Source of the DNA: Sphingobacteriales bacterium
GTDB lineage: Bacteria; Bacteroidota; Bacteroidia; Chitinophagales; LD1
Assembly (NCBI GenBank): GCA_018262795.1
Contig: JADFDM010000013.1
Coordinates: forward strand, 8,159 to 72,158
Direction: 5' to 3'
DNA: 64,000 nucleotides
In this document: in pieces, positions 39,282 to 49,328 of the stretch
How positions within the stretch are numbered: the stretch's first letter is position 1
Layout of the letters: each line of letters opens with the position of its first letter
Made by a program: the position numbers and the translations under genes
Notes under the pieces: model-generated
Seen by the model: the letters and a program-made list of their open reading frames with translations, nothing else
Database searches by the model: none
Told to the model about the DNA's origin: nothing

Positions 39282-40004
39282 TCAATCCACCTTATTTAAT
39301 CTCGAAGTTGCTACTATTCGCCCTCCTTCATCCGCTACTTTTAAAATGTAAGTTCCTTTCGCCAATGTCTCAATAGAAATTTCTATCTGATCTCCCACGG
39401 TGCTATTGACACTCGACTTCACCAAGTCGCCTTTCATATTATATACCTCGAAAGATAAATTGCCTGCATCGGATAAGCCATTCACCGTAAATGTCCCTTT
39501 CACCGGATTGGGATACAGACGAAGATTTGAATGCGGAATATCCGTGATGGCATTCGGACAATTGGCAATAAGGTTAGCCGTAAAGTGGATCATCAGTGCA
39601 GTATTAGCGCTATCCCCCGTTAGCCATACCAGCACATCCGCATCTCCCGTTCCCGAAACGCAATGGGGTGAAAACTGAAATTTAAAATCCATTGTGTCTC
39701 CCGCAGAAACATTTAATGACTCATAAGGCCCTGGGTTGAATAGCAAATCATAGCAGTTCTTGTTATCGCACAACTTTACTTCCCAATTAGTAGAAGGAGT
39801 GGAATAATTCTTCAACATCCAGCTAAAAGTCTGGCTGTTCACCGTATTATTTTTCACTTCTAAATGAATATCCTGCGGATCGAATTCATCGGTAATAGTA
39901 CCCGATGCAACCGAAGTGTCAGACGGAATAGGAATAATCCCTTGTGAATGAGAAATCGCTACACTTCCAACCAAAAGGGACAAACAGATACAAATTTTTT
40001 TCAT
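39282..40004 (-). CDS. T9SS-secreted protein (Ig-like domain plus CTD)
   Basis: Signal peptide; CTD LYPNPVK...KGTYILKV. Confidence 0.8.
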   Translation of the reverse strand: MKKICICLSLLVGSVAISHSQGIIPIPSDTSVASGTITDEFDPQDIHLEVKNNTVNSQTFSWMLKNYSTPSTNWEVKLCDNKNCYDLLFNPGPYESLNVSAGDTMDFKFQFSPHCVSGTGDADVLVWLTGDSANTALMIHFTANLIANCPNAITDIPHSNLRLYPNPVKGTFTVNGLSDAGNLSFEVYNMKGDLVKSSVNSTVGDQIEISIETLAKGTYILKVADEGGRIVATSRLNKVD

Positions 40005-40164
40005 TGGTTTTGTTAATTAATTAAAGTGGAATAGTCAACGAAAATAGGGCTTGCTGTGACATGTGCAAGTCAAAATTTGTTTACATCTTATCCCACCTTG
40101 CTAATCAAGTATTAATTTCATTGTTTAGTTTTCTACCTTCGTTACCTAAAAATAATTTCAAACA

Positions 40165-42117
40165 ATGAAAAGATTTACACTTACTATCGCAGTACTGGTA
40201 GTGGCGGGTTTCGGGCTGATGGCTCAAACCACCATTTTTACCGAAAACTTCAGCAGCACCAACTTGCCTTCAGGATGGCAAAACGTAGATAACTCCGGTG
40301 GCGGCACTTGGGCTAGAAAAACCAGTTCTCATAGCTTTGCTTCTACTACGGCATCGAACGGCTTCATGATTTTTGACGCGGATGCGAAAGGAAATGATAG
40401 CAAAGCTGAAAATGCCGATTTAATTACGGCAGCTATAAATTGTTCGGGGCATAATCATGTAGCCCTGCAGTTTGAACAGTATTTTCAACAATATGCGGCT
40501 GCATTGGGCACTGTTTTCGTCAGTACCGATGGGATTAGTTGGAGTCAGGTATATACAGTCACCAACACAACCGACAACCCGGAAGTAACACTCATTGACA
40601 TAACTACTGCTGCCGCCAATCAACCTACAGTGTATATCAAATTTAATTACACCGGGGATTACGATTACTGGTGGGCTATTGATGACATTAAGTTATTTGA
40701 GCCGGCCGCTTTAGACATTTCTGTGGAGTCTATTACCAACAATCAGTATGTGGGTTTAAGCAACCAGACCGTGAGCGGTGTGGTAAAAAATAATGGAGCT
40801 GAAACCATCACTTCATTTGATATGACCTACACCGATAATGGGGGTAGTGCCGTGGTTCAGAGTGTCTCCGGTGTAAATATTCAATCTTTCCAGACATACA
40901 GTTTTAGCTTTAATCAACCTATCGCAATGTCCACTCCTATGTTGCACACTATAGTGGTAAATGTTTCTGCTCCCAATAATGGAAGCGAAACGAACTTGGC
41001 CAACAACTCTGCCACAAAAGATGTAACCGCGCTTAGCGCCATTCCGGTGAAGAATGCTTTAATAGAAGAGTTTACTACGGCACAATGCCAATATTGCCCC
41101 AGAGGAACCAGCACCATGAATGGTATTCTTGCCGGTCATAGCAATATCATTGGCGTTGCACTTCATGCGGGTTTCGGAACCGATGCCATGACTACCGCTG
41201 ACCATTCAACAGTGGCTGCGGCCTTTACTTCGGGAGCACCTACTGCTGCTGTGGACAGAGTTCTTTTTGCCGGGGAAGAAGCGGTGGGAGTGGACGATGG
41301 TAACTGGGAAACCTACGGTGTGCAAGAAACCAACCGAGTGACTCCCGTAGCTATCATTGCCGATAATACATATAACAGTGGAACCCGTGAATTAGTAGTA
41401 AATACTTCTGCAAAATTCTTCGGCCCGATTAATGACGACTTCCGTATCAACTGCTACATCATAGAAGACAGTGTAACCGGAACGGGAAGTGGCTATAACC
41501 AAATAAATGCTTACAATAATGTATCCTCCAGCGAATGGTATCAAAAAGGAAACCCTATTGTTGGATTCCAACACCGCCACGTTTGCCGCCAAATGTTAGG
41601 TGGCGCTTGGGGTTCTACCGGAGTAATCAGCACTCCCACGACTGATGGAGGAGTTTATTCAAAACAATACACTTACACACTACCTGCCGGTTGGAATGAT
41701 TCCCGAGTTAAATTGGTTGTTCTGGTGCAGCACTATGCCGCCAATAAAAATGACCGCAACATTCTCAACGCTATGGAATTGGATTTGAATAGCGCTGACT
41801 CTACCCGCTACGTTGCGGCTGTTTACAACGGAATTAAAGAAGTGAGTGCCACCAATGTTGGCGAAGTAAGTTTGTATCCTAATCCTGCTGCTGATATTCT
41901 TAACATCAGCTATACGCTGAGTAAAGATGCTACCGTAAGTTTTGGGATTTACAACATCATAGGTCAAAATGTAATGAACATTGAACCTTCGGCACTCAAC
42001 AAAGGCGACTACAGAACACGAGTAAATACTGCTGACCTGAAAAACGGAGTTTATTTCGTTTCAGTAAAGGAAAACAACAAAACAGTGAACACACTGAAAT
42101 TTGTCGTAAATAAATAA
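40165..42117 (+). CDS. Omp28-related T9SS-secreted protein
   Basis: Signal peptide; adhesin-like N-domain; IEEFTTAQCQYCP and YIIEDSV...HRHVCR Omp28 motifs; CTD LYPNPA. Confidence 0.82.
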   Translation: MKRFTLTIAVLVVAGFGLMAQTTIFTENFSSTNLPSGWQNVDNSGGGTWARKTSSHSFASTTASNGFMIFDADAKGNDSKAENADLITAAINCSGHNHVALQFEQYFQQYAAALGTVFVSTDGISWSQVYTVTNTTDNPEVTLIDITTAAANQPTVYIKFNYTGDYDYWWAIDDIKLFEPAALDISVESITNNQYVGLSNQTVSGVVKNNGAETITSFDMTYTDNGGSAVVQSVSGVNIQSFQTYSFSFNQPIAMSTPMLHTIVVNVSAPNNGSETNLANNSATKDVTALSAIPVKNALIEEFTTAQCQYCPRGTSTMNGILAGHSNIIGVALHAGFGTDAMTTADHSTVAAAFTSGAPTAAVDRVLFAGEEAVGVDDGNWETYGVQETNRVTPVAIIADNTYNSGTRELVVNTSAKFFGPINDDFRINCYIIEDSVTGTGSGYNQINAYNNVSSSEWYQKGNPIVGFQHRHVCRQMLGGAWGSTGVISTPTTDGGVYSKQYTYTLPAGWNDSRVKLVVLVQHYAANKNDRNILNAMELDLNSADSTRYVAAVYNGIKEVSATNVGEVSLYPNPAADILNISYTLSKDATVSFGIYNIIGQNVMNIEPSALNKGDYRTRVNTADLKNGVYFVSVKENNKTVNTLKFVVNK

Positions 42118-42137
42118 TCGCAACGTTAAGGATTCGC

Positions 42138-42163
42138 AAAGCCGCTCAGCAATGGGCGGCTTT
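42138..42163. terminator. Bidirectional terminator between convergent genes
   Basis: AAAGCCGCTCA-GCAA-TGGGCGGCTTT hairpin. Confidence 0.7.
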
Positions 42164-42170
42164 GTTGTTT

Positions 42171-42869
42171 TTACAGAATGGCTTCATCCGCAAAACTATA
42201 GTAGTTCTTATCGCCAATAATCAAATGATCCAAAAGGGCAATATCCATCCACTTGGCTGCTTCCTTTAACTGATGCGTCAAATCCACATCAGCCTGACTC
42301 GGTTTTAGATTCCCTGACGGATGATTGTGCACAGCTATCATAGCAGAACTTAAGAGTTCAAGACCGTACTTCAAAATTATTTTAATGTCGGCCACCGTTC
42401 CCGAAACTCCACCTTTACTAATATGTCGGTGAGTAATCACGCGATTTGACTTATTCAGATAGAGCATATAAAACTCTTCGTGACTCAAGTCAGCCATCTC
42501 CGGATAAATGTAATCAAAGCTGTCGCGGCTGGAACGAATCAGAGGCTTCTCTCTTATATCCTCCGATTGCCGTCTGCGGCCAAGTTCTAAAGCGGCTACA
42601 ATGGTAATAGACTTGGTATCGCCCAAACCCTTTTCCAATTTTCGGATGTCGTTCACAGAGAGCTTGCCCAACTCATTCAGATTGCCCGACACTTTATCCA
42701 ACACTTTTCTGGCTAAGTCTAATGCCGAAGTTCCTCTGACTCCCGTTCGCAGTAAAATAGCGATCAACTCAGCATCGCTCAATGCAGCTTTCCCTTTCAG
42801 CAGAAGTTTTTCACGTGGGCGGTCTTCCTCTGCCCAACTCTTAATGGATAAAAAGTCGTTCCCTTCCAT
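42171..42869 (-). CDS. radC: RadC / JAB-domain protein
   Basis: DRPREKL, LSDAELIAILL, HNHPSG...PS..D and LLDHLII motifs; ATG at 42869. Confidence 0.93.
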   Translation of the reverse strand: MEGNDFLSIKSWAEEDRPREKLLLKGKAALSDAELIAILLRTGVRGTSALDLARKVLDKVSGNLNELGKLSVNDIRKLEKGLGDTKSITIVAALELGRRRQSEDIREKPLIRSSRDSFDYIYPEMADLSHEEFYMLYLNKSNRVITHRHISKGGVSGTVADIKIILKYGLELLSSAMIAVHNHPSGNLKPSQADVDLTHQLKEAAKWMDIALLDHLIIGDKNYYSFADEAIL

Positions 42870-42887
42870 TCTTAAATATACAAAAAC

Positions 42888-42920
42888 AAAAAAAGGCATC
42901 CTTGAGCAGGGTGCCTTTTT
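42888..42920 (-). terminator. Intrinsic terminator after rpsT
   Basis: AAAAAAGGCATCCT-TGAGC-AGGGTGCCTTTTT hairpin. Confidence 0.7.
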
Positions 42921-42941
42921 AAATTTATCGAATGAATTGAT

Positions 42942-43196
42942 TTACTTCTTAGCGGAAAACTTCTTCATCAAACTCGATTTCAAGTTTGATGCTTTGTTCT
43001 TATGAATATATCCGCGCTTGGCTAATTTATCGAGCAGCGAAAGCACAGCCGGAAGATCCTTCTGAATATCCTTTTCCCCGGTTTCGCTTCTTAAATCGCG
43101 AATAGCGTTACGGGTAGTCTTCGCATAATATCTGTTTGCCAATCTGCGTTTTGCTGATTGTCTGGTGCGCTTTTCGGCTGATTTGTGGTTTGCCAT
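42942..43196 (-). CDS. rpsT: 30S ribosomal protein S20
   Basis: MANHKSAEKR...IHKNKASNLKS. Confidence 0.96.
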   Translation of the reverse strand: MANHKSAEKRTRQSAKRRLANRYYAKTTRNAIRDLRSETGEKDIQKDLPAVLSLLDKLAKRGYIHKNKASNLKSSLMKKFSAKK

Positions 43197-43343
43197 TTCT
43201 TGTATCTTTTAAAAAAGGACTGCAAATATAGACTTCTGCTACTCATTTCCAAAACCATACTAAGAAATCAATTTTAAAGCAAGGTTTTCCGTTAAAGCCC
43301 TTGAAACGAGCCTACAATCTTTGACTTATTAGAACAGATGGCT

Positions 43344-43351
43344 TAGGTTTG
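43344..43351 (+). promoter_or_regulatory. -7 element (TAGGTTTG) upstream of sucA
   Basis: Exact TAnnTTTG; a divergent TATATTTG for rpsT lies at 43223-43230 on the minus strand. Confidence 0.5.
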
Positions 43352-43372
43352 CGGAAATTTTTGTGATAGATA

Positions 43373-46078
43373 ATGGATAATTATTCTTATTTGAGCAATG
43401 CCACCCCGGAATTCATAGAAAATTTATATCAGGATTTTAAAAAGAATCCCACTTCAGTTGACCCGGAATTTAGGAAATTTTTTGAAGGTTTTGATTTCGC
43501 TACCTATAACTTTAGTGGCAAGGATACTTCACTCTCCGCTGACGAGATTAAGGTTTTTCGACTGATAGATGCTTATCGTAAAAGAGGGCATTTAATAGCT
43601 GACACTAACCCCTTAAAACCGCGCAAAGATCGAATTGCCCAATTAGATTTATCCTTTTTCGGATTATCTGAAAAGGATTTAGAAAGGCATTTCACCATTG
43701 GCGATATCTTGGGTTTGAAAAATGCAACTTTACAGGAAATCATCAACAGCCTGCGCAAAACCTATTGTGGCACTATTGGTTTCGATTTCAGATGTGTGCG
43801 CTTGAAAGACGAGGTTGAATTTTTGCGCAGCCGAATTGAAAAGAAGGAAAAACTGATTGATTTTTCGATTGAGAAAAGAGAGCACATCTTTCGGGTACTG
43901 AACAAAGCCGTAGGCTTTGAGAAATTTTTGGGCACCAAATACATTGGCGAAAAGCGATTCTCTTTAGAAGGAGGCGAGGCAGCTATTCCGGCCTTAGATG
44001 CTATTATTCGAAGTTCAGCCAAGTTAGGAGTAAAAGAGGTGCTGTTCGGGATGGCACACCGGGGTCGCTTAAATGTACTGGCCAATATCATGGGGAAAAC
44101 CTATGAAGAGATATTCAATGAATTTGAGGGAAATACCACTTACGATCTCACGATGGGGGATGGTGACGTGAAATATCACTTGGGATTTTCTCACCAATGT
44201 CCGGTGGGCGATAACCAATGTGTTTACTTGAAACTAATGCCAAACCCTTCACATTTGGAGGCGGTAAGCCCTGTCGTTATCGGATTTGCCAGAGCCAAGG
44301 CAGACGCTATTTACAATTCCGATTACGACAAGCTCTTCCCTATTCTGATTCATGGTGATGCCTCTGTTACCGGTCAAGGAATTGTGTATGAAGTGCTCCA
44401 AATGGCTAAGTTGGAAGGGTATTACACAGGTGGCACTCTTCATTTCGTTATCAATAATCAAATAGGCTTTACTGCCGATTTTGATGAAACTCGTTCCTCC
44501 GATTATTCCACTTCCATAGCTTCCGCTTTTGATTCCCCAGTGTTTCACGTAAATGGGGATGATGTGGATGCCGTGGTGTTTGTTTGCGAACTGGCAGCCG
44601 AATACCGCCAGGAATTTAATAAGGATGTTTGGATTGATATGGTGTGCTACCGCAAGTGGGGCCACAATGAAAGTGACGATCCTAAATACACTCAACCCGG
44701 TTTGTACAAACTGATTGATAAACATCCCAACCCACGCGAAGTGTACTCAAAAAAGTTAGAGGCAGAGGGAGCCATGCATGCCGAAATGGCAAAGCAAGTC
44801 GAAAAAGAATTTTGGAGTGAATTACAGGAGCGCTTAGATATGGTGAAGCAGAAACCACTGCCTTACAAGCCACAACCGAATGAATTGGCTTGGCAAAAAC
44901 TCCGCAAAGCACAAATAGAAGATTTCTTCAAATCGCCCGACACTTCCATTTCAGAAGAAACCGCCCAACATCTAATAGAAGGGCTCAATAAAATTCCTGC
45001 GGGATTTACCCCTCTTCGAAAAGTGAAAAAGTATTTGGATGAGCGAAACAAATTGATGAAAGCAGAGCGCAAGTTAGATTGGGCGGCTGCTGAGTTAATG
45101 GCCTATGGTTCTTTGTTGTTAGAAGGGCGAGATGTTCGGTTGAGCGGAGAGGATGTGAAGCGCGGTACCTTTACCCATCGCCACGCAGTGATTACCGATG
45201 AAAATACCGACAAAGAATACTGCCGCCTTTGTAACCTCGATAAAAAACAAGGTAGATTTTTTGTGTACAACTCACACCTAAGTGAATACGGAGTGCTTGG
45301 ATTTGAGTATGGCTATTCTTTGCCCAACCCGGAACCTTTAGTGCTGTGGGAAGCTCAATTTGGTGACTTTGCCAACGGGGCACAAATAATTATAGACCAG
45401 TTTATAGCAGTGGGGGAAAGCAAATGGCAGCGCAGTTCAGGATTAGTGATGTTGTTGCCGCATGGGTACGAAGGGCAAGGGCCTGAACATTCCTCGGCTC
45501 GCTTAGAGCGGTACTTGCAGATGTGTGCAGAGATGAATATGGTCGTGGTGAATATTACGGAGCCGGCAAACTTTTTTCACGCGCTGCGCAGGCAGGTAGC
45601 CTGGCCGTTCCGGAAACCTTTGGTGGTGATGAGCCCCAAGTCATTGCTTCGCCACCCGCTTTGCATCTCGCCCTTAGAAAAAGTAACTAATGGTACGTTT
45701 GAAGAACTGTTGATAGATGAAGCCGCCTCTAAGAAGGTGCGCAAGATTCTTTTTTGCTCCGGCAAAATCTATTACGATTTGAGAGAGCGAAGAGAACGAG
45801 ATAAAATAAAAGATGTGGTAATAGCCAGAGTAGAGCAGTTGTATCCGACCCCACAGGATAAAATGTTGGAATTAGTAGCCAAACACCCCAATGCTGAAGT
45901 GCGTTGGGTGCAGGAAGAGCCGGAGAATATGGGAGCATGGTATTTTATACATGCCCGCTTACATGAAAAAATCGGATTAAAAGGGATTGCGAGAAAAAAT
46001 TCGGCATCCACTGCTACCGGTTACAAAAAAGTTCATCTCGAAGAGCAGGAAAGAATATTGATCAGAGCATTTGAATAA
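43373..46078 (+). CDS. sucA: 2-oxoglutarate dehydrogenase E1
   Basis: RFSLEG, GMAHRGRLN, GDVKYHLG, NPSHLE, HGDA, WEAQFGDF and LPHGYEGQGPEHSS motifs. Confidence 0.97.
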   Translation: MDNYSYLSNATPEFIENLYQDFKKNPTSVDPEFRKFFEGFDFATYNFSGKDTSLSADEIKVFRLIDAYRKRGHLIADTNPLKPRKDRIAQLDLSFFGLSEKDLERHFTIGDILGLKNATLQEIINSLRKTYCGTIGFDFRCVRLKDEVEFLRSRIEKKEKLIDFSIEKREHIFRVLNKAVGFEKFLGTKYIGEKRFSLEGGEAAIPALDAIIRSSAKLGVKEVLFGMAHRGRLNVLANIMGKTYEEIFNEFEGNTTYDLTMGDGDVKYHLGFSHQCPVGDNQCVYLKLMPNPSHLEAVSPVVIGFARAKADAIYNSDYDKLFPILIHGDASVTGQGIVYEVLQMAKLEGYYTGGTLHFVINNQIGFTADFDETRSSDYSTSIASAFDSPVFHVNGDDVDAVVFVCELAAEYRQEFNKDVWIDMVCYRKWGHNESDDPKYTQPGLYKLIDKHPNPREVYSKKLEAEGAMHAEMAKQVEKEFWSELQERLDMVKQKPLPYKPQPNELAWQKLRKAQIEDFFKSPDTSISEETAQHLIEGLNKIPAGFTPLRKVKKYLDERNKLMKAERKLDWAAAELMAYGSLLLEGRDVRLSGEDVKRGTFTHRHAVITDENTDKEYCRLCNLDKKQGRFFVYNSHLSEYGVLGFEYGYSLPNPEPLVLWEAQFGDFANGAQIIIDQFIAVGESKWQRSSGLVMLLPHGYEGQGPEHSSARLERYLQMCAEMNMVVVNITEPANFFHALRRQVAWPFRKPLVVMSPKSLLRHPLCISPLEKVTNGTFEELLIDEAASKKVRKILFCSGKIYYDLRERRERDKIKDVVIARVEQLYPTPQDKMLELVAKHPNAEVRWVQEEPENMGAWYFIHARLHEKIGLKGIARKNSASTATGYKKVHLEEQERILIRAFE

Positions 46079-46106
46079 AATACTAACCACTTAATTATTT
46101 GACACT

Positions 46107-47351
46107 ATGACTGAAATTAAAGTACCGGCTCTTGCGGAATCAATTACCGAAGTCACTCTTTCGAAATACTTAGTAAAGGAGGGGGATTATATAGAGATGG
46201 ATCAGCCTATCTGCGAACTGGAAACAGACAAAGCCTCTCAGGAAATTCCATCCCCCGTATCGGGCAAAATAAAATTTGTAGCCAGCGAAGGAGATGATTT
46301 GAAAATTGGGGCAGTGATTTGTCAGATAGACGAAAGTGCCGCCAAACCTGAAGCCACCTCTCCTCAGGTGGAGGCTCCAAAAGCAGAAGTGAAAGAAGAA
46401 CCTAAAAAGGAAACTCCTAAAAAAGAAGAACCCAAACAGGAAGAACCTACGAAGGATACTTACGCAAAAGGAACTCCCTCTCCGGCTGCGAAAAAGATTT
46501 TGGAAGAAGGCAGTCTGAAAACAGCCGAAGTGAAAGGCACGGGAGTGAGCGGAAGAATCACGAAAGAAGATGCTATCAAAGCGGTTCGGGATAAAGCCCA
46601 ACTTCCGCAGCGTGAAGCCTTCAGCAGAAATGAACGAAGAGAGAAAATGAGTCGCCTTCGCAAAACCGTTGCAGAGCGCTTGGTTTACTCAAAAAATTCT
46701 ACCGCCATGCTCACCACTTTCAATGAGATGGATATGACGGCTATCAACAAAATACGCGAGAAGTATGGCGATGCGTTCAAAAAGAAAAATGAAGTATCGT
46801 TGGGCATAATGAGTTTCTTTAGCAAAGCCGTTTGCTTGGCGCTTGAAAAATTCCCTGCGGTGAACGCCTCTATTGAAGAAAATGAAATTATCTACCACGA
46901 TTACTGCGACATCTCTATTGCGGTATCTACTCCAAAGGGTTTAGTGGTGCCGGTGATTCGCAATGCAGAGTCGCTTTCCTTGGCTGGCATTGAAAAGAAA
47001 GTGAAAGAGTTGGCTATTAAAGGCCGCGATGGATTGCTCACGATGGAGGAAATGACCGGTGGCACTTTCACGATTTCTAACGGAGGCGTGTTTGGTTCGC
47101 TCATGTCCACGCCTATTATCAATCCTCCGCAAGTAGCCATCCTCGGGATGCACAAAACTGAAGATCGCCCGATAGTGATAGATAAGCAAATTACGATTCG
47201 CCCGATGATGTATTTAGCACTGAGCTACGACCACCGAGTGATTGACGGAAAAGAAAGCGTGAGCTTTTTGGTAGCGGTAAAAGACTTCTTAGAAAACCCG
47301 CATAAGATGTTGTTAGGAGCCGACCCGGTAGATTTGCTGTTAGAGATTTAA
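46107..47351 (+). CDS. sucB: Dihydrolipoyllysine succinyltransferase E2
   Basis: Lipoyl ELETDKA, E3-binding [11 protein letters not shown] and catalytic DHRVIDG motifs. Confidence 0.97.
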   Translation: MTEIKVPALAESITEVTLSKYLVKEGDYIEMDQPICELETDKASQEIPSPVSGKIKFVASEGDDLKIGAVICQIDESAAKPEATSPQVEAPKAEVKEEPKKETPKKEEPKQEEPTKDTYAKGTPSPAAKKILEEGSLKTAEVKGTGVSGRITKEDAIKAVRDKAQLPQREAFSRNERREKMSRLRKTVAERLVYSKNSTAMLTTFNEMDMTAINKIREKYGDAFKKKNEVSLGIMSFFSKAVCLALEKFPAVNASIEENEIIYHDYCDISIAVSTPKGLVVPVIRNAESLSLAGIEKKVKELAIKGRDGLLTMEEMTGGTFTISNGGVFGSLMSTPIINPPQVAILGMHKTEDRPIVIDKQITIRPMMYLALSYDHRVIDGKESVSFLVAVKDFLENPHKMLLGADPVDLLLEI

Positions 47352-47354
47352 TTA

Positions 47355-47821
47355 ACTGCACAGAGGTACGCAAAGAAGCACAGAGTTTCACAAAGATATA
47401 GCAGAACGTGAGCAACGATCTTACATACAAAATAATTGCCGGTGCTATGGAAGTGTACCGAAATCTAGGATCCGGATTATTAGAATCTTCCTACCAGAAA
47501 TGTTTACAGCACGAACTCCAACCGGCCGTGTTGACTTATGAAGCGGAAATGCCAATGCCTTTAGTGTATAAGGAAATTACACTGGATCAGGGTTATAGAA
47601 TTGATTTGTTAGTCCTAAATAATGTAGTAGTTGAATTGAAAGCGGTGAATGCGATATTGGCGGTTCACCAAGCACAAATACTTACTTATATGAAGTTGAG
47701 CGGCTACCCATTAGGCTTGCTGATCAATTTCAATATACCGCTATTAAAAAACGGTATCAAACGATTTATAAATACTTAAACTCAGTGTTCCTCTGATTCA
47801 TTCCGTGTAACTCTGTGTAGT
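47355..47821. repeat. Imperfect inverted repeat pair flanking the GxxExxY gene
   Basis: ACTGCACAGAGGTACGC (47355-47371) versus GTGTAACTCTGTGTAGT (47805-47821): 14/17 Watson-Crick pairs, 16/17 with G-U. Confidence 0.65.
47408..47779 (+). CDS. GxxExxY protein (PD-(D/E)XK nuclease-like)
   Basis: LGSGLLESSY, RIDLLV..VVVELKAV, AQILTYMK and GLLINF motifs; GTG start. Confidence 0.9.
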   Translation: MSNDLTYKIIAGAMEVYRNLGSGLLESSYQKCLQHELQPAVLTYEAEMPMPLVYKEITLDQGYRIDLLVLNNVVVELKAVNAILAVHQAQILTYMKLSGYPLGLLINFNIPLLKNGIKRFINT

Positions 47822-47839
47822 AAAAAAAACAAAGAAGAT

Positions 47840-49243
47840 ATGTCGAAGTACAATGTGGTGGTGATTGGTTCGGGACCCGGAGGGTATATAGCTGCTATTC
47901 GCTGTGCTCAGTTGGGAATGAAAGTGGCTATCATTGAAAAATACAAGGTGTTGGGAGGCACTTGCACCAATGTTGGCTGCATTCCCTCAAAAGCCTTATT
48001 GGATTCATCGGAGCATTATCACAATGCCGAAAATTCATTGGCCGATCACGGTATTGGTGTGAAAGGACTTTCCATTGATTTCAAGAAAACCGTAGAGCGG
48101 AAGAACGGAGTGGTGAAAGCCAATAACGATGGCATTGCCTTCCTGATGAAGAAAAATAAAATTGATTCCTATTTCGGCATCGCTTCTTTCGTCAGCAACA
48201 ACAAAATTGCCGTAACAGATGCCAAAGGAGAACAAACAGAAATAGAAGGAGAGAAAATAATTATCGCCACCGGCTCAAAACCAACGGAACTTCCATTTCT
48301 CAAAACAGACAAGAAACGAATCATCACCTCTACCGAAGCACTGTCGCTGACCGAAGTGCCCAAGCATCTCGTAATTATTGGTGGAGGAATTATAGGTGTG
48401 GAACTCGGCTCGGTGTATCAGCGCCTCGGCTCAAAAGTGACCATTGTAGAGTTCTTAGATAAAATTGTTCCCAGCATGGATGACGAAGTGGGCAAAGAGC
48501 TACTTCGCGTATTGCGCAAACAAGGCATTGAGTTTCTGCTCTCCACTAAAGTTACCGGAGCCACCGCAAAAGGAAAAGAAGTAACGGTAACAGCCGAAAA
48601 CAAAGCCGGTGAAAAGGTAGCACTGAAAGGCGACTATTGCTTAGTAGCCGTTGGCCGCGTTCCCTTTACCACGGGATTAAATTTAGCGGCAGTCGGAGTA
48701 GCAAAAGATGAAAAAGGTCGCATCACCGTCAATGAGAAATTAGAAACAAACGTGCCCGGGATTTATGCTTTAGGCGATGTGGTGCGCGGTGCTATGCTGG
48801 CGCATAAAGCCGAAGAAGAAGGCGTGTATCTCGCAGAAATTCTTGCCGGACAAAAACCGCATATCAATTACAACCTGATTCCCGGAGTGGCTTACACCTG
48901 GCCGGAGGCTGCCGGAGTAGGTGCTACCGAGCAAGAATTAAAGCAAAAGGGCGTGGCCTATAAAAGTGGCAAGTTCCCCTTTCGCGCACTCGGCCGCGCT
49001 CGCGCCAGTGGCGACTTAGACGGCTTTGTGAAAATTCTCGCTTCTAAAGAAACCGATGAAATTCTTGGAGTGCATATCATTGGTGCGCGCGCAGCCGATC
49101 TGATTATTGAAGGAGTAGTGGCTATGGAATACCGCGCCAGCGCAGAAGATATTTCGCGCATGAGCCATCCGCATCCCACTTATACCGAAGCATTCAAAGA
49201 AGCCTGCCTCATTGCAACAGAGAACCGGCCTTTAAATATGTAG
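47840..49243 (+). CDS. lpdA: Dihydrolipoyl dehydrogenase E3
   Basis: GSGPGG, GGTCTNVGCIPSK, GGGIIG and HPTYTE motifs. Confidence 0.97.
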   Translation: MSKYNVVVIGSGPGGYIAAIRCAQLGMKVAIIEKYKVLGGTCTNVGCIPSKALLDSSEHYHNAENSLADHGIGVKGLSIDFKKTVERKNGVVKANNDGIAFLMKKNKIDSYFGIASFVSNNKIAVTDAKGEQTEIEGEKIIIATGSKPTELPFLKTDKKRIITSTEALSLTEVPKHLVIIGGGIIGVELGSVYQRLGSKVTIVEFLDKIVPSMDDEVGKELLRVLRKQGIEFLLSTKVTGATAKGKEVTVTAENKAGEKVALKGDYCLVAVGRVPFTTGLNLAAVGVAKDEKGRITVNEKLETNVPGIYALGDVVRGAMLAHKAEEEGVYLAEILAGQKPHINYNLIPGVAYTWPEAAGVGATEQELKQKGVAYKSGKFPFRALGRARASGDLDGFVKILASKETDEILGVHIIGARAADLIIEGVVAMEYRASAEDISRMSHPHPTYTEAFKEACLIATENRPLNM

Positions 49244-49328
49244 CTCGCATTTCGGCCCCACACTGTTTTCAGCGCGAAGGCTCTTTCCATTTCATTGATT
49301 TTACTTTTCTTGCAGTAAAATTATTTCT

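Noticed and set aside
42171-42869. radC as a marker of a mobile element
   Set aside because: It is the full-length chromosomal type beside rpsT, with no integrase or other mobility genes.
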